Part shown: positions 38,481-51,297 of the stretch, piece by piece
Numbering within the stretch: position 1 is the first letter of the stretch
How the letters are laid out: every line of letters begins with the position of its first letter
Assembly: GCF_006345805.1 (NCBI RefSeq)
Contig: NC_043001.1
Location: forward strand, 112,840,001 to 112,904,000
Length of the DNA stretch: 64,000 bases
Direction: 5' to 3'
Source: Octopus sinensis
Lineage: Eukaryota
Notes under the pieces: model-generated
The model's database searches: none
What the model was told of the DNA's origin: nothing
The model's input: the letters and a program-made list of their open reading frames with translations, nothing else
Position numbers and translations under genes: made by a program

Positions 38481-39046
38481 GGTATGTGTGTGTGCAAATG
38501 TAACTGTATTATGAAATGTAACTATACTAATGTAGCTGATGCAAACATTTTGAAATATATATTTTATGAGCCTGTTTGAATTTGTGTTTGTCTCTCTGCA
38601 AATGTATAATCAGCTAAGCTCATCTATATGTGTATAATTATATTTATATGTATGAATAATTTGTATTCAAAATGTCTAGAGAAAATATATTTGATATAAC
38701 TTGGTAGATGAATATTACTGCTTTTGCAAGACTATAGGCTTCACGCTACACAGTGCAATCATCAGATGGATATAATTTGAACGGAGGTGTTTCTCTTGAG
38801 ACAAAAAATGTTTCTTAGAATTGCATTCCCTATTCACATGCTTATATTGTATGTCATGTGTCATTTTTGTATAACTGATTGAACTTTTGACTGTGGAAAT
38901 GTACACATGTTTTAAATATGCATATATATATATATATAAATATTAGGGTAGTGCTAATGCATGGCCACAGTCAGTTACCTGAAACAAGTAAAAGAATAAA
39001 AGAATATGTGTGTATATGGATTTCATTGTTATGGAAATTGTAAATT

Positions 39047-40073
39047 GTGTGTCTGTGTTTGTCCCCCTAGCATTGCTTGACAACCGATACTGGTGTGTTT
39101 ACGTCCCTGTCACTTAGCGGTTTGGCAAAAGAGACCGATACAATAAGTACTGGGCTTACAAAGAATAAGTCCCGGGGTCGATTTGCTTGACTAAAGGCGG
39201 TGTTCCAGTAACTTTTAAAACATGCTAATGCTTTTAAATCTACTCTTTCCAATTGTCTTTGAAGTATCAAAATTTTTGCTATGCATAACTGTGACCTATT
39301 ACTCAGACAGTTCTACTAGAATTGTGTCAATGACCATGGGTCAAATGGTTTGATGAAAGTTTTGACTCCAAGAAGGATGTGAAATGCGAGTTAAAAAAAA
39401 GTTTTTTTTAATTTAAATTGCTAATATGACTCTTGCATGATGTAAATGGTGTGTGTGTGTGCACACATGTATGTGTGGATACATGTATGTGTGCATGTGT
39501 GTGTGTGTATATACGTAAAAGCACCCAGTACACTCTTGGAGTGGTTAGCATTAGGAAGGGCATCTAGCCATAGAAACACTGCCAAAACGGGCTGGAGTCT
39601 CATGCAGCCTTCTAGCTTGCCAGCCCTGGTCACACAGTTCAGTCCATGCCAGCATGAACAACGGATGTTAAATGGTGATGATGATGATGATGATATGTAT
39701 ATATATATGTATTAGGCGCGAGTGTGGCTGTATGGTAAGAAGCTTGCTTCCCAACCACATGGTTCCGGGTTCAGTCCCACTATGTAACACCTTGAGCAAG
39801 TGTCTTCCACCATAGCCTCAGGCTGACCAAAGCCTTATGAGTGGATTTTGTAGATGGAAACTGAAAGAAGCCTGTCGTATATATATATAATATGTGTGTG
39901 TATGTTTGTATGTCTGTTTGACAAACGATTTTGGTGTGATTACGCCCCCCATAACTTAGCAGTTTGGCAAAATAGACTGATAGAATAAGTACTTGGCTTA
40001 CAAAGAATAAGTCCTGGGGTTGATTCATTCGACTAAAAGCGGTGCTCCAGCATGGACTGAGACAAGTAAAAGA

Positions 40074-40075
<2 letters not shown>
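39047..40075 (+). mobile_element. Family A 3' fragment (39047-39210), family D fragment (39515-39695) and family A copy (39715-40075)
   Basis: Matches to the family consensus sequences seen elsewhere in the window. Confidence 0.85.
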
Positions 40076-40107
<32 letters not shown>

Positions 40108-40409
40108 GTATATATGCACATAGATATAAACCTTGATACACAGGAACCTTACAAAGCACATCTTAATCTAATAGAGGTATTTATTCACCGTCATTGCTCT
40201 ACGACTAATGAGAAATTAGTTGGTACTTACATAGTGTCTATCTGGGACTCATTTCTGTCATAATTTGGCACACATGAACCTCATTGGACACATCTTATGT
40301 CTAATCAAAATATTTATTCAGTGAGAGTACTTTACAACTAAATGAAGTTTGTCACAGCTATAATGAGAGTCCAAGTGAAAGAAAGGAACAGGCAGGATGT
40401 ATCCCAGAT

Positions 40410-40646
40410 TAAGGCGGCGAGCTGGCAGAAACGTTAGCATGCTGGGCGAAATGCTTAGCGGTATTTCGTCTGCCGCTACGTTCTGAGTTCAAATTCCGCC
40501 GAGGTCGACTTTGCCTTTTATCCTTTCGTGGTCGATAAATTAAGTACCAGTCATGCACTGGGGTCGATGTAATCGACTTAATCAGTTTGTGTGTCCTTGT
40601 TTGTCCCCTCTGTGTTTAGCCCCTTGTGGGCAATAAAGAAATAAGA
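40410..40646 (+). mobile_element. Family B SINE with 13-bp TSD
   Basis: TSD ATGTATCCCAGAT at 40397-40409 and 40647-40659. Confidence 0.93.
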
Positions 40647-41439
40647 ATGTATCCCAGATATACCCATATAAAGCAAATATATTTATTTACCTATTGATAT
40701 CTGATGAACTATCCACTGTATTCATGTATGTATGTGTGTATGCACTAATACCGATGTGAATAACAATTATAATAAATCAACAGATAGACATTATTGAAAT
40801 TCAATTTGGTGACTAATCCAGTCTCAACTACCAAACAAGTCGGTGTTGCCGTGCCATTTGTATTTATTGGTAGGAGAACATAATTTATAGATTGGTTGGT
40901 CTATTTACTTGATGGCTGTGTAAATAGTTAATAGCTTTCTATCACTTCTCTTTCGTCTACCCCCTATCCACACTTACATCTTTCATTGTATAATGAATAA
41001 AGATACAGTTGTATTGAGATATAAAGGTGATGAAGATAATGTTGATCAGTTCTATGTAGGAGTATTTGAACTCCTTACCTACCCTTCGTGTTCATATCGC
41101 TCTGTTTCTACCCATTTTTACCCTCTTTGCTTTCATCATCTTACTCTGGTTCTTTCTCTCTCATCAGTCTTTCTTCTATTCACTCTCTGTTGTATTTGCC
41201 TAGAATGAATCAAGACAATGTAGTAAGGACTCCCTAAGTGTGTTGCCACTAACTTGACAACCTCTCTAACTGTGATATCACAATGAAATGCACCCAGCAC
41301 GCTCTGTAAAGTGGTTTGGGTTAGGAAGGGCATTCAGCCATTGATATAATGCCAAAATGAAATGCATGATTGATATGTGGTTCTCTGACACTTGTAGGAG
41401 GACACACACACACACACACCACACACACACACACACACA

Positions 41440-41483
<44 letters not shown>

Positions 41484-43638
41484 TATATATATATTAAGAA
41501 CAAACTTACTTAGAAATGAATGCGTGCATTCTGTCGTATAATAACAAATTAATAAATAAAACATATGCATATATACATACATATATGTACGTACCTACAT
41601 CTACATGTATATATACATGCATATATGGGTACAGGACACCCAAAAAACATCGAACACAATGAGAAACGAAAACATAGACACAAAACCAAGGAACTGGACA
41701 TTTTTCTTAAACAACAAAAAAATAGAGTACAGGACAAATAACACAAGGAAAATTCCCCTTCTTCAGTCGCCATGGTTTCATCTACTCCGCATTTCGAGAT
41801 AGATAGATTCTTTGTTGCTTTGATAAGTTTAGGGAAACTTGGGTGTAGCAATGCAGTGCATCATCAGCTTTGAAAGGAATGGATGACAGTACAGACGACT
41901 TTTATTCCTGTTTGTCTTGCCACATATATATCTGTATGTCGTCATCATCTTCATCATTTTACATCCTTTTTCCATGCAGGTATAGGTTGGACAGGTTGTT
42001 ACAGTCTGAGTCAGTTCCTGTTTGGAATTACTATCCTCATCGAAGGGTTGGTGAACGTGTCTCACTTATGGATTCCATTTTTGACAGGGTAGCTACAGCT
42101 AGATGCCCTTCATATACTGTATAGTATACATTGGGTGTGTGTGTGTGTTTGTTGCGCTAAGCACTAGATTATCATATCTTTGGCAAGATTAAAGTGGTCT
42201 CGCTATCTTTTGTTGTCTTTGTTCTTTCACTTGTCAGTGTATGTGTGTGTGTGCATGTGTCTATATTAGCAATTAATGTTATGAAAGGTTTTTGTCTTTA
42301 GACCACAATTTGGCTGCTATTTCTAGTTGAGACACTTCATAGAAGTTCCCAAGTTGATCAGTGCATCATTAACGTATATTTCAAGAGAAAGTTTGTGTTG
42401 ATGGCTTTGTAATGGCTTTTGTTATTTTTACTGCTATAGATCATGGTCAAAATATCTTAGTCACACTTGTATTAAGCACGCTGTTTTTACAAACATCCAT
42501 ACAAATATGAAATTAATTCTCTTGTCTCTAAAGATCAAACTATTAGATGGATAAACAAAGCAGGCCATTACAACTATACAAATCTTTTGACCCAACAAAC
42601 CTAATTACTAAACCAATGCAAAGATTGGAATTGTAAATTTAATAAATAGAATAATTAATTAAAAAACAGAAACAAAGATAATGATCACTTATTATGCATA
42701 AGTAATTAACAGTGTAACAATATTTTTTTCATTGTTGTTATTTTGATGTCAAAGGTCATGTCTTGATTCAGTGCAACCAGATTGTTGTGTTTTGTTGTTT
42801 TTTTAATTCATTTATTTTTATTTATTTATTTATTTATTGTTATTCTTTCACTATAATTCTGTGCTAGAAATGATAAGCAGAATTGATCATTTCAATATGT
42901 GAGAAAATTTGATTTGTTGCTGACCAGCCTTTAGAGTAAATGTCAGTTCCTTTACCAAGAAGTCAACAGTTTATTTTCCATCCTCTTGTGTTCTGATGTA
43001 GTGGTCATGGTAGACAATTCATTCTAAAATCATCTGTCTAGTAACATACATCAAAAACTGTAAATTGGTACCAGGAGGAGGTACAGCTTGCTGTAAATGG
43101 TGGAATGCTTTGTGAAATTAATTTATTTAACCAATCTGCTATCCTGGGTTCAAATTCTTCCCATGAGTAAAACTAACCAAAGGAACCTCTGTGCAGTTGC
43201 TCAACATACTTGCAAGCAATATCAGTCAAAACTTCTTCTCACATGCTACCATCTGTTGGAAATTTTAGTCAAAAGTCAGATTGGTTACTGCTGGAATGTC
43301 TTTAATCATAGATTTTGCTCAGTCATGACTGATCTGGAGCCAGACAACAAAAACAATAATTAGCTATTGACTGGAAACTTATCTCTACAGTGAGAAATGT
43401 TTGCTTTGGACTGAGGACTGGAATTAACTGAATTACACTGCAACATCTCTCTGTAATGGATGAAAGGCTATATAAAAAAAAAGATAATACAAAAAAAAAA
43501 TGAAGCAATAAAACAGTAGTAGCTGAGAAGGAATCTTTAATATGAAATTTAAATGGAAAAAATTTGCCGGCATCCAAACAACTTTTAGCTTGGTAAAAAC
43601 AATTGTAAAATGTTAAAGGAGAATACCATGTGTATGCA

Positions 43639-43640
<2 letters not shown>

Positions 43641-43680
<40 letters not shown>

Positions 43681-43822
43681 TAAGTGTATGTATAACAGAG
43701 GAAGAGAAGGAATAAACAATAAAAGAGTGCATGCGACAGAAAATAATTTGTGCATTAGAGATTTTATTAAAGTTTCAGAATGGCTTAGTTTGTTAAAATT
43801 GGAGAGAGAGAGAAAGAAAGAA

Positions 43823-43873
<51 letters not shown>

Positions 43874-44381
43874 TAAAAGGCTTACATAAAAGATTTTGTT
43901 GAATAGCCACAGACTGTTGCGAGTAGAATGTGTGTACATCAGTGGAGTGTGAATGTGTGGGTGTGTACATAATTATAGCCTTTGCTTAAATGACTCTGTT
44001 AAAGGTTCTTAAGAATACCGTGTGTGTATGTGTATATATATGCATATATGCACGTGATCACCTCAGTTTATGTGTGTGTCGTTACACGTCCATATAAGTA
44101 GGCTACACTTTGACACTGGAGATTCTAATAGATTGTAATTTTAAGCTTATGTGTGTGTGTGTATATATATGTCTACAGGCAACCGTCTGCTTATGTGTGC
44201 CTGTGTGTAAAAATAATTACACCTTCACATAAGTAATTACACCTTTATCTTGGAGATTCTAATAGCTGCAGAACTAGGAGTAAGGTGCATTTGTATGGGT
44301 GCATATGTAACTGTGCGTACAGTTGCATGCTTAATTACCTGTTTTTATAAGAGATTCTAATAGCTTCCGAATGATAAAGTT

Positions 44382-44417
<36 letters not shown>

Positions 44418-44558
44418 TAAGTGTATGTATAACAGAGGAAGAGAAGGAATAAACAATAAAAGAGTGCATGCGACAGAAAATAATTTGTGCATTAGAGATT
44501 TTATTAAAGTTTCAGAATGGCTTAGTTTGTTAAAATTGGAGAGAGAGAGAAGAAAGAA

Positions 44559-44615
<57 letters not shown>

Positions 44616-45143
44616 TAAAAGGCTTACATAAAAGATTTTGTTGAATAGCCACAGACTGTTGCGAGTAGAATGTGTGTACATCAGTGGAGTGTGAATGTGT
44701 GGGTGTGTACATAATTATAGCCTTTGCTTAAATGACTCTGTTAAAGGTTCTTAAGAATACCGTGTGTGTATGTGTATATATATGCAAATATGCACGTGAT
44801 CACCTCAGTTTATGTGTGTGTCGTTACACGTCCATATAAGTAGGCTACACTTTGACACTGGAGATTCTAATAGATTGTAATTTTAAGCTTATGTGTGTGT
44901 GTGTATATATATGTCTACAGGCAACCGTCTGCTTATGTGTGCCTGTGTGTAAAAATAATTACACCTTCACATAAGTAATTACACCTTTATCTTGGAGATT
45001 CTAATAGCTGCAGAACTAGGAAGTAAGGTGCATTTGTATGGGTGCATATGTAACTGTGCGTACAGTTGCATGCTTAATTACCTGTTTTTATAAGAGATTC
45101 TAATAGCTTCCGAATGATAAAGTTCATGTGTGTGTGTGTGTGT
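43641..45143. repeat. Direct tandem duplication, ~740-bp unit x2
   Basis: Near-identical copies offset by 737-743 bp (e.g. GGCTACAC at 44101 and 44843); junctions lie in (TG)n. Confidence 0.95.
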
Positions 45144-45153
45144 ACATGCATAC

Positions 45154-45540
45154 GTGGAGGCGCAATGGCCCAGTGGTTAGGGCAGCGGACTCGCGGTCAT
45201 AGAATCGTGGTTTCGATTCCCAGACCGGGCGTTGTGAGTGTTTATTGAGCAAAAACACCTAAAGCTCCACGAGGCTCCGGTAGGGGATGGTGGTGATCCC
45301 TGCTGTACTCTTTCACCACAACTTTCTCTCACTCTTACTTCCTGTTTCTGTTGTACTTGTATTTCAAGGGGCCGGCCTTGTCACTCTCTGTGTCACGCTG
45401 AATATCCCCGAGAACTACGTTAAGGGTACACGTGTCTGTGGAGTGCTCAGCCACTTACACGTTAATTTCACGAGCAGGCTGTTCCGTTGATTTGGATCAA
45501 CCGGAACCCTCATCGTCGTAACCGACGGAGTGCTTCCACC
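45154..45540 (+). mobile_element. SINE family C, tail type 1, with 10-bp TSD
   Basis: TSD ACATGCATAC at 45144-45153 and 45541-45550. Confidence 0.93.
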
Positions 45541-47009
45541 ACATGCATACACATGATTTCACACACAGTTATCACTTTATATAAGAGATTCTAATAGTCA
45601 CACAATGAAAAGTTTAAATATGTTTATGGATATACTTATATGTGTGTACCTAATTACCTTCATTTTACGTAAATAAGATCATCTGCAGAACAGGAAGCAG
45701 ATGGCATCACCAAAAAGAAATACAACAGGTTCAACTTAGTTCTCCCCTAAATAAACTGTTATCAAGGTATTGAACCTATGCTACATTGAACTATAGGTGA
45801 CTTGGCAAGAATTAGCAGTTATCACACAGCGTCAACTAAAACTTTTGAAGCTTTGCAAGGAGAGGTTATAGTATCTATAAATATGTATAGATCATAGGTC
45901 AAAAATTAAGGCCTTGTATTGCATTGTGTCCTTCCTGAGAGGCTCATTACTCTGTTTTATCCAGATTATGAAGTCAGAAAATAAAGGCTATATTAGTATC
46001 ACTTTATTTTGTGCTGGTTAGCCTAATGAATGGTATCCAGCTGTAAAAACACAAAACTTCAAGCAAACTGGCCTGACCTGGGATCAGTGAGTAAGGGAAT
46101 TTCTTTGCCATTTGCTTAAATTTGCTAAAAGTAGCTGCCAAATAAATTGCTACTCAAACAAATCTTTACTTTCAAGGGTGTTAGGACCACATGTTTTTGC
46201 AATTAAAAAAGTTCTATAACAATATTGCATACTCAATTTAAAGCTTACGTAGTAGAAATGATTAAGGCAGGTAGTTTCGTAATGTCGTATATGGCTACCA
46301 TATTAAGAGTTGACTTAATCCTCTCAAAACAGTAACCATTTAGTTTTATCCCAATCAGCAAGTAAAGTAAAATGAAAGAAGACAACAAACAGGGTTACAA
46401 TCTTATGGGTACAAGTTTGAGTTGTAACCATGTGGTTTTGATTAGATGGAAACTGTATGGAAGTTTGTTGAGCCTTTTTTTTTTTTAAGGCTACTAAAAT
46501 GCAAATGCAGTTAAATGTGTTCACAATTTTCACATCACATCAATGTGTTCACATTTTCCCATTTAGTAGAGCTATTGTTTTTAGCTTTATTTGCATTTGA
46601 GCCGTTCTTTGGAAGACTATTTTCAAATTTCTCAATGCTTCAAATGAACCAAAATGTGTGCCGAGTGTTTGCAGTGCAATCCAAACATGTCGCATTGCTT
46701 TCTTTTATGTCAAAAACTATTAAGTTAGCTTTTGAATAAAGTGAGATTGCTAAAATAAGTATCAGACGAAAATACATACCAAGGAACTTTTTTAATCAAG
46801 TACGCCAATGTTACCCTCTTGATTTGAAAGGAAGAAAATTATAGACTCTTTGAATTCAAAAGGTTTATTAAATCTATTTATATGGAGAACACAATTATGA
46901 ATATAATATGTATAAAACAGATGCGATAAAATAAATTGATATCCTCATAATGAGACAAAAGTATTTTTCTAGAAACTTTGTCACTTTGGGTTTTGGAGAA
47001 ATGGAGTTA

Positions 47010-47420
47010 CTCTCTTTTTACTCTTTTACTTGTTTCAGTCATTTAACTGCGGCCATGCTGGAGCACCGCCTTTTAATCGAGCAACTCGACCCCGGGACTT
47101 ATTCTCTTGTAAGCCCAGTACTTATTCTATCGGTCTCTTTTGCCAAACCGCTAAGTAACAGGGATGTAAACACACCAGCATCGGTTGTCAAGCAATGCTA
47201 GGGGGACAAACACAGACACACAAACATACACGCACACACATATATATACATATATACGACAGGCTTCTTTCAGTTTCCGTCTACCAAATCCACTCACAAG
47301 GCATTGGTTGGCCTGGGGCTATAGCAGAAGACACTTGCCCAAGATGCCACGCAGTGGGACTGAACTCGGAACCATGTGGTTGGTTAGCAAGCTACTTACC
47401 ACACAGCCACTCCTGCGCCT
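47010..47420 (-). mobile_element. Family A SINE, full length
   Basis: Complete reverse complement of consensus; lies in the segment that interrupts the left arm of the inverted duplication. Confidence 0.92.
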
Positions 47421-48169
47421 ATTTCATTTTGGTTGTTTCATTTTTGCTACAATTACATCAAAATTGGGGCATTTTGATGCCAGAGCAACTTGGATGCAGT
47501 CTTTCAGGTCCAATCGATTACTCTGCTTTGTTTTTATATCCCTTAGAGTGGAAAATCCTTGTTTGCAAAGCTAGATTGTTGCAAAAGGCTTTTTAGTGGT
47601 TGGTACGATCAACTAAAACCCCAAAAAATGGCATACCCAGCATGGCCAGAGTTCAATGACTGAAATTAGTAAAAGAAAGAGAGGAGGAAACAAACTATTT
47701 TCATAAGGTATATTGAATACAGGTATCATTTTGTGGGTCAGCATTGTTTAGACACATAAGTTGCTGCTTATTATTCTTTGCTTGCATAACAGTTGGCAGC
47801 AGAATTCCTTACCTGTTGAAATATGTGAAGTAGCTTTCATTGTGCTCTTTTGTAGTGAAAAAATGCTTCTGTTTGGCACAAATTCTTCAAGGTACTTAGT
47901 GCTTCTCCCGTCTGGAATTCCATGTTTTTTTTTAAACAAGAAACTGACTCGGGCTTTTTATTATTTCTCATCCTGTAGCTTACACAAACATTTTAATATA
48001 TGAAAGCTCTCCCTCCTCTCCACTCATACAGCCACCCACACACCCTCACACTCATTTACTTAAGTACACTACATATATTTAAACATAGAACTTTTCGAGC
48101 ATTCACTAACTGTTATGCACAAACTATCAAAAGTACACATATTGTCAGGTATTTATATATACATATAAT

Positions 48170-48313
48170 AGGTGCAGGCATGAATATGTGGTTAAGAAGC
48201 TCACTTTGCAACCACACAGTTCAGGTTCAATCTCACCATGTGGCACCTTGGGCAAATGTCTTCTACTATGGCTGCAGTCCAACCAATGCCTTATGAGTGA
48301 ATTTGGTAGTTGA

Positions 48314-48366
<53 letters not shown>

Positions 48367-48560
48367 CTTGTGTACCCACCATCGCCACTTAACAACTAGT
48401 ATGAGGTTTTTTTACATTCCCTCAACTTAGTGGTTCAGCAAAAAAAAACAAGAAAAAACTGACAGAATAAGTATTGAGGTTGATCTGTTCAACCTAAGAT
48501 CTCTTCAAGACAGTGCCCCAGCATGGCCACAGTCCAATGACTGAAACAAGTAAAAGGTAA
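48170..48560 (+). mobile_element. Family A SINE, degenerate
   Basis: GTGGCACCTTGGGCAAATGTCTTCTACTAT...CAGCATGGCCACAGTCCAATGACTGAAAC. Confidence 0.8.
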
Positions 48561-49164
48561 AATAACAATCATATATATATATATATTTATATATAAACAC
48601 ATACATGCTTCTGTTTCTCTTTAGGCATACAGGTAAATGTTTATATTATTATACAGATGTTATCTACAAGTCTATTGACAAGTAACACTTAAGTATTTGT
48701 ATGTGAATGCATATTCTCATTATTACGTGCAGTGTGTATGTATAAATGTATAAATAAGTGTATGTCTCAAGTATTCACAAAAGCACTCAGACAATCACCT
48801 GTTTCTCTCATATGATAAGTAGACTATCTCTAAATATACTTATACCAACGTAATTACTTAAAAATTGCATGCATCAAAGTGAATAATCAGAATAGTGCAC
48901 ACACATTCTTCCCTTGTGTGTGTGTGTGTGTGTGTACATGCAAATACATATATGTATTTATGTGAGTTGGTTTGTAAGAATATGTAAATGGAAAAAGGTG
49001 TACTTTTCATAGTTTGTGCATAAGAGTTAGTGAATGCTCAAAAGTTCTATATTTAAATGTACGTAGTGTTCTGTTCGTAAGTAAATGAGTGTGAGGGTGG
49101 GTGGCTGTTATGAGTGGAGAGGAGAGAGAGCTTTTGTATATTAAAATGTTTGTGTAAGCTACAG

Positions 49165-49322
49165 GATGAGAAATAATAAAAAGCCTGAGTCAGTTTCTTG
49201 TTTAAAAAAATATGGAATTCCAGACGGGAGAAGCACTAAGTACCTTGAAGAATTTGTGCCAAACAGAAGCATTCTTTCACTACAAAAGAGCACAATGAAA
49301 GCTACTTCACATATTTCAACAG
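49165..49322 (+). other. Candidate 158-nt exon with one open frame (MRNNKKPESV...KATSHIST)
   Basis: CTACAG| acceptor with weak pyrimidine tract, CAG|GTAAGG donor, 52 uninterrupted codons; the inverted copy is frameshifted. Confidence 0.35.
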
Positions 49323-49827
49323 GTAAGGAATTCTGTTGCCTTGATTCTGCTGCCAACTGTTATGCAAGCAAAGAATAATAAGCAGCAACTTATGTGCCTA
49401 AACAATGCTGACCCACAAAATGACACCTGTATTCAATATACCTTATAAAAATAGTTTTGTTTCCCTCCTCTCTTTCTTTTACTAATTTCAGTCATTGAAC
49501 TCTGGCCATGCTGGGTATGCCATTTTGGGGGTTTTAGTTGATCATACCAACACCTAGTATGTATTTTAGTCTGATACTTACTTTATCAATCTCTATTTAT
49601 TGAAAAGCCAAGTTAATAATTTTTGACTTAAAAGAAAACAGCTCTACATGCTGAATTGCAAAGCATGCACTTGCATGCATTCTGGTTCATTTGAAGCATT
49701 GAGAAATTTGAAAATAGTCTTCAAAAGAACTGCTCAAATGCAAATGAAACTAAAATGTCATACAAAGTGTTTTAAAACACGACCGTGAGTGTGGAATCAA
49801 TATAAAAACTAAGCAATTGTCATATTA

Positions 49828-50131
49828 CAGGGATTCCCTGACTTGCGTGAGTGAGTTCAAATTGCGCGAAATTCGACTTGCGCGAGCCAACTTTTGATAT
49901 CGAGTGTTCAGGTTGCGTGAGTTGTATTCTCGACTTGCGCTTGTTGTAAAAATATTTATTATCCATGGTTGCATTGCCTTGTCTGTTATCTTGTTATCTA
50001 TCCATCATTTCAAATATACATAAAGTAAAAATAATTGTGTTTGAGTAATTGATAACAATATCTGGTACTCGACTTGCACGAATTTCGAATTGCGCGTCCC
50101 CCAACTACTCGCGCAAGTCGAGGAGTCCCTG
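49828..50131. mobile_element. Tc1/mariner-pogo type MITE (304 bp)
   Basis: TIRs CAGGGATTCCCTGACTTGCGTGAGT / ACTCGCGCAAGTCGAGGAGTCCCTG, TA TSD on both sides, internal GACTTGCGC repeats. Confidence 0.9.
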
Positions 50132-50467
50132 TATATATATGATGAATACTTTTAACCGTGTTGGTATGTTTAATGATAATCACAACATAGAGACTCTCAA
50201 GTGTAAAAACTGAAATCTATAAAACTTAAAATTTTGTCATTGCGTATGTAATGCTACTGTGCACAGATAAGCCAAGAGAAAATAAAAATGAAAATGTAAA
50301 AGGTACAAATGTATAGAAGGCATCATATATGAACTACTTGATAGAAGACTGAGTTGGTACAGGCATAGGATTAATGCATGTGAAAGATGATGAGGGACAG
50401 AAGTGTTGAGCAGTCCAAATGAAAGGAATCTGTGAAAGGAGGCTGAGGAAGACAGATGAAGTAGTAC

Positions 50468-50887
50468 TCTCTTTTACTCTTTTACTTGTTTCAGTCATTT
50501 CACTGTGGCCATGCTGGAGCAACGCCTTTAGTCGAGCAAATCGACCCCGGGACTTATTCTTTGTAAGCCCAGTACTTATTTTATCGGTCTCTTTTGCCGA
50601 ACCGCTAAGTGACGGGGACGTAAACACACCAGCATCGGTTGTCAAGCAATGCTTGGGGGACAAACACAGACACACAAACATATACACACACACATACATA
50701 CATATATATATATATATATACATATATACGACAGGCTTCTATCAGTTTCCGTCTACCAAATCCACTCACAAGGCATTGGTCGGCCCAAAGCTATAGCAGA
50801 AGACACTTGCCCAAGGTGCCACGCAGTGGGACTAAACCTGGAACCATGTGGTTGGTAGGCAAGCTACTTACCACACAGCCACTCCTG
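50468..50887 (-). mobile_element. Family A SINE, full length
   Basis: Reverse complement of consensus. Confidence 0.92.
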
Positions 50888-51004
50888 AAGGTTTAATCTC
50901 ACTATGGTGAATTTCACAAAGGATCTGCAATAAATGGGAAAATGCTGTGCTAGAAAAGACCTGTCCAAACAATCAAACATGGCAATACAAGTGTAAAATG
51001 TGGA

Positions 51005-51297
51005 TCATCATCATCATCATCATCATCATCATCGTTTAACGTCCGTTCTCCATGCTAGCATGGGTTGGACGGTTCGACCGGGGATCTGGGAAGCCAGGAG
51101 GCTGCACCAGGCTCCAGTCTTATCTGGCAATGTTTCTACAGCTGGATGCCCTTCCTAACGCCAACCACTCCGTGAGTGTAGTGGGTGCTTTTTACATGCC
51201 ACCCGCACAGGTGCCAGGCGAGGCTGGCAACGGCCACGGTCGGATTGGTGCATTTTACGTGCTGCCGGCACGGAAGCCAGTCGAGGCGGCGCTGATG
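51005..51297 (-). mobile_element. Family D SINE with 2 VNTR units
   Basis: (CAT)n tail and conserved body. Confidence 0.9.

Larger units (their letters stand above)
46577..49755. repeat. Inverted duplication: split left arm (46577-46784 and 47599-48137), contiguous right arm (48998-49755)
   Basis: Reverse-complement matches, e.g. GAAGACTATTTTCAAATTTCTCAATGCTTCAAATGAACC vs ~49684-49722, and 47801-48000 vs ~49137-49334. Confidence 0.92.

Noticed and set aside
46130-46155. AGCTGCCAAAT, similar to the miR-745/22 5' end
   Set aside because: No convincing complementary arm; resembles a fragment of the old interspersed repeat.
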